Source of the DNA: Raillietiella orientalis | Taxonomy: Eukaryota | Direction of reading: 5' to 3' | NCBI GenBank assembly: GCA_036172245.1 | Contig: JAYWIR010000047.1 | Coordinates: 868,001 to 932,000, forward strand | DNA: 64,000 nucleotides | Shown: positions 60,701 through 64,000 of the stretch, in pieces | Numbering within the stretch: position 1 is the stretch's first letter | How the letters are laid out: each line of letters opens with the position of its first letter | Notes under the pieces: generated by a model | Seen by the model: the letters and a program-made list of their open reading frames with translations, nothing else | Database searches by the model: none | Told to the model about the DNA's origin: nothing | Made by a program: the position numbers and the translations under genes

Positions 60701-63700
60701 GGAAAGTTTCGGAAGGCGATTGGATGGCGCCCCACAGGGTCGCCCTGCGCGGCGGCGACCCCATCGACGGCATTTCCCGTAATGCACGCGATCCGGTCGA
60801 AGAAGCCCGCTTCCTGGGCCCTTGCTGCAGGACGGCTCGCCAGCGGCCCCGGATTCAGAGCCTTCTTCCGGTCCGACTCTCGGCTGACCCCAATGCCTAC
60901 CGGAGAGGTCGCTCTGCAAGGATCCCTCGCCCTGGAGAGCCGCCGTAGCCAGCCGCAACCCGCACCACCGTCGCTCCCGAAACCCCCAGTTCCTGTACCC
61001 GTGGAGTCTGCGTGTCCGGAAACCGGCAAGCCCGCTCTCCTTATTGCCCAATGTTAGAAGGGAGGAGAGGCTCCCACACGCGCGCCCAGTCGGGAGAGTT
61101 TCCTACAGGCCGGGAACGGAACGCTCGCGCCCCTTTCGGTCCGGCTTCGGAGGTGGCGCAAGGACCGACCTTGGCGCGTCGTCGAAACCCTCGGGAGAGC
61201 GTACGCGAGCATAGAGGAAGGAGCGCGCGCGCAAGGGAATCGCCCTGGATGTGGTCCCGGTGAGACTCCAGGGATCGACGCCTACCAGCGCGAGGCCACG
61301 GTGGGAGGCGCCGACGCGCCAAGCAACGACATCCGATACGGTTCTCTTCTGAGCACTCTCAGAGCGCCCGCGGCACAGGGGTCATTGGAGGTGAGAGAAA
61401 AAAAAAGGAAAGGAAGGGAAAAGAAGGGTATAGGCTGCTGGGACGCAGGGGGACGAGGATGAGGCAGAAGTGAATCTCAACGGCCCCTCCAAGCAGCATC
61501 GATCACCGTGGTGGCTGATCCTCCGGGAAACGTCCCAGGAGATGCGGATGCGCGTTCCTCTTCGCCCCCACTTTCGGAAACGGAGGTTGCTGGGACTCGC
61601 GTCCGGCGTGATAGAGAGGATTCATCACCTCGCACCATGCTCTCGTCATCTCCCCTCGTGGTTCCTTGGCGGCTTTCTTCCTGCGTGTGGGCCAGTCTCG
61701 TCGGCAGAAGGGTGTGCACCACGCCCTCCCTCTGTCGTGGCTCACCTTGCGGACCTCCAACTTGGACGCGAGTGCGACTGCCCTGCCCACAACCTCTGCT
61801 ACCTTGGGTCAACCCATGACTACGTCAGGGTCGTATCCAGCAGCAGAGGTCCCTCTCGCTCCTAGTAACGCCTCAAAGGAAGCTGAACGTCTTCAGGTAG
61901 GACCCAGAGAAAAAGAGATCCTCGGATCCCCAGAAAACAGCTCAGCTCCCAAAGTCAGCGCTGCCGACTGCTGCGTTTCCGTGGCGACTCGGGGTGCGGA
62001 GGGTGATGGTGGGGGATTTCGGTTCGCCATCTCCATGGCCGGTCAGAGCGCATCGCCTCCGGAGGAATCGTCCCGTATCGGGAGGCGATGCCGTCCGGAG
62101 CCCACAAGTTGCACTTCCAGAGAAGGCGACCCACGCCCCCCGTTTGAGGATGTTGCAGCAGCAGAAGAGGAAGGGGAGGGAGGTGAAGGATGATGGAAGG
62201 TTTAGGTGCCGAGCCTGTGGTTTGAACGGAAGAACACTTGCAGGTGACCTCCGTCCTGCATCCCCCCCTCTCCTCCTCCCAATTCGTAACATGCGAGCAG
62301 AACGCGCATGCTGGATCATGTGAACAGAGACGGCTGTCGTCTCCTGTTCTCTTCTCCATCGCCTGGAGAAGAGAGGGGGAATGGGGATAGGGAAGAGCTG
62401 GAGATCGACCCTATTGGAGTTCGTAGGCACCCTCCAAGGAGTGCCGGGAGATGCAGGAAGTCCCGCTGCGCGCTGTGGACTTTAGGCGGGTCGCTCCCGA
62501 GTAAGCCGCGTTTGGGTTATCGCAGAGGTCACCTCTGCCCGAGTTCAATGGCCAGGCCTCGCTCCGGAAGAATTGCCTTCCGGAGCGAGGTCAGTTAACC
62601 TCGGAGCCAGGTCAAGCACGACCGCAGCAGCCGTTGGTCACGACACATGGACAGCGGGTCGGGTGTATCACGAGGAGCTCGTCAGGATCTCGGGAAGAAG
62701 GCACAACCCTTTCTAAAGAGCTTGTAGGAATAAATGCAACAGGACGTGATCACCACATATACATAAATCTATGTATATGTATACAAAATCCGTGCTTGAG
62801 CTGATTGTAGAAAGTGTGGATTTATAGACAGTGAAGCACTTAAAACCGGCCGCCGCCTCGGCATGACGTCACAACGCGCGATCAGAATGGAGGGCAACAA
62901 TCCACTACTAACGTCGTTGCGGCGACTCTCAGCGTGGGGGCGCGGGGGTGGCGACCGACTCGCGGCTTCGTCTCTTCCCGGAGTCCGCGGGAGACAGCCC
63001 TTTAGGCAACACGTGGCGGGACGGGGTCTGCTTCTCCCGTCGGGTGGGTCGCTGGGTAGGGAAGGCGCGTTCGCTTCGGGCACCACGCTCTCCTACTCGC
63101 GCTCACCCACGCTTGCCCACATGTGGCGACCGGCGAGGGGCGAACTCAAAGATCCCCGATCTGCGGGCCGCCGCTTCGGCATTCCTTCTGGCCGTCCCAA
63201 CTCAAGGAGGACCCTCTTCCGCTATCGCTGTCCCCAGTTTCCTGTTCCCACTTGCCACCCCCGGCTTCTTCTGTCCCCGGTCAAGAGCTTCCGTATGGGT
63301 CCCCCGCGAGATTCTCCACCTCGAGAGTCTCCTCCCACTTCCGAAGGAGGTCGAATACGTGCTCCCGCGACCTCATCCCTGGTAACGATGCTCCCCCATA
63401 CCCTCCCCTTGTCCCCAGGAGGTATCCCTTGTCCCAGAAAGGAGTCCCTCGCCTGTGTTTCCCGATGTCTTCGCGGAGGACCGCCCGCCGATTGCTCTCT
63501 CTGGTGGCGCGGGAAGAGCGGGAGGGCAGAAGTCTTATCGTCGTCATTACTATCATTGTTGTCGTTGCTATTCTCCATTAGCTGGTTGTCATGACGACAA
63601 CGCCGGCCCATCGTCGTCCCATATTCCTCCTCCGCCTACTCCTCTTCATCGCCGTCGCCGTCGCCTGCTCTTTCCCGTGAAGCAGCAGTGCAGGTCGGGG

Positions 63701-64000
63701 GTCCACTCGCACCAGAGCTACCCGTGGCCGGATGCTTCACGCCGAGGGCGTTCAAAAGGAACTCCTGCTGCGGGAGATGGGAGCTGGACCGAAAAGGTCA
63801 TCGCGGGCTCCGCCGGGTCCATTGCGCGGAGGAGTTGCTCTTGGAAATTTCCGCCGCCGCAGGGGCTAGGGGGGCAAGCGGTTCCAGCGGGGATCCGGGG
63901 AGCGTCCCGGAGTGGACGGCGTCTGTGAGAGGACGGACAGTCGCTGCTGCTTCCACTGGTCCTGGTGCAAGAAAAGGGAGTTGGCTCCCTCTCCCGGACC

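Noticed and set aside
55000..64000. Dense overlapping ORFs at the right end of the window
   Set aside because: These are low-complexity GC-driven frames without recognisable motifs, and no model could be supported.
1..64000. CRISPR array, tRNA/rRNA, operon-like defence system, transposase or reverse transcriptase
   Set aside because: I saw no regularly spaced repeats, cloverleaf or T-loop motifs, or DDE/YxDD-type ORFs. The DNA is spliceosomal-intron-containing animal sequence.

Overview
This is intron-containing eukaryotic (invertebrate animal, arthropod-like) genomic DNA, not prokaryotic. It is a mosaic of very GC-rich blocks and more AT-rich blocks. I reconstructed gene models by hand from GT-AG splice sites and frame continuity. 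(1) A FRMPD4/Preso1-like WW-PDZ-FERM scaffold gene (+, 15 exons at 19619-26236), probably with a first coding exon about 16 kb upstream (about 3527-3733) that completes a second, N-terminal WW-like domain. (2) A compact Pat1/PATL mRNA-decapping activator gene (-, 8 exons, 35977-38513) with 42-58 nt introns and a frameshifted partial duplicate at about 40.4 kb. (3) A three-exon gene (+, 52843-54606) with a Ser-rich N-terminus and a promethin/LDAF1-like hydrophobic C-terminus. (4) A probable two-exon small gene (+, 28609-32260) carrying only the N-terminal FAM181-type helix motif. Most long ORFs in the supplied track look like GC-content artefacts, and several segments look coding but cannot be assigned. 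I found no tRNA, rRNA, CRISPR array or recognisable transposon ORF. Family assignments come from motif recall, not database searches.
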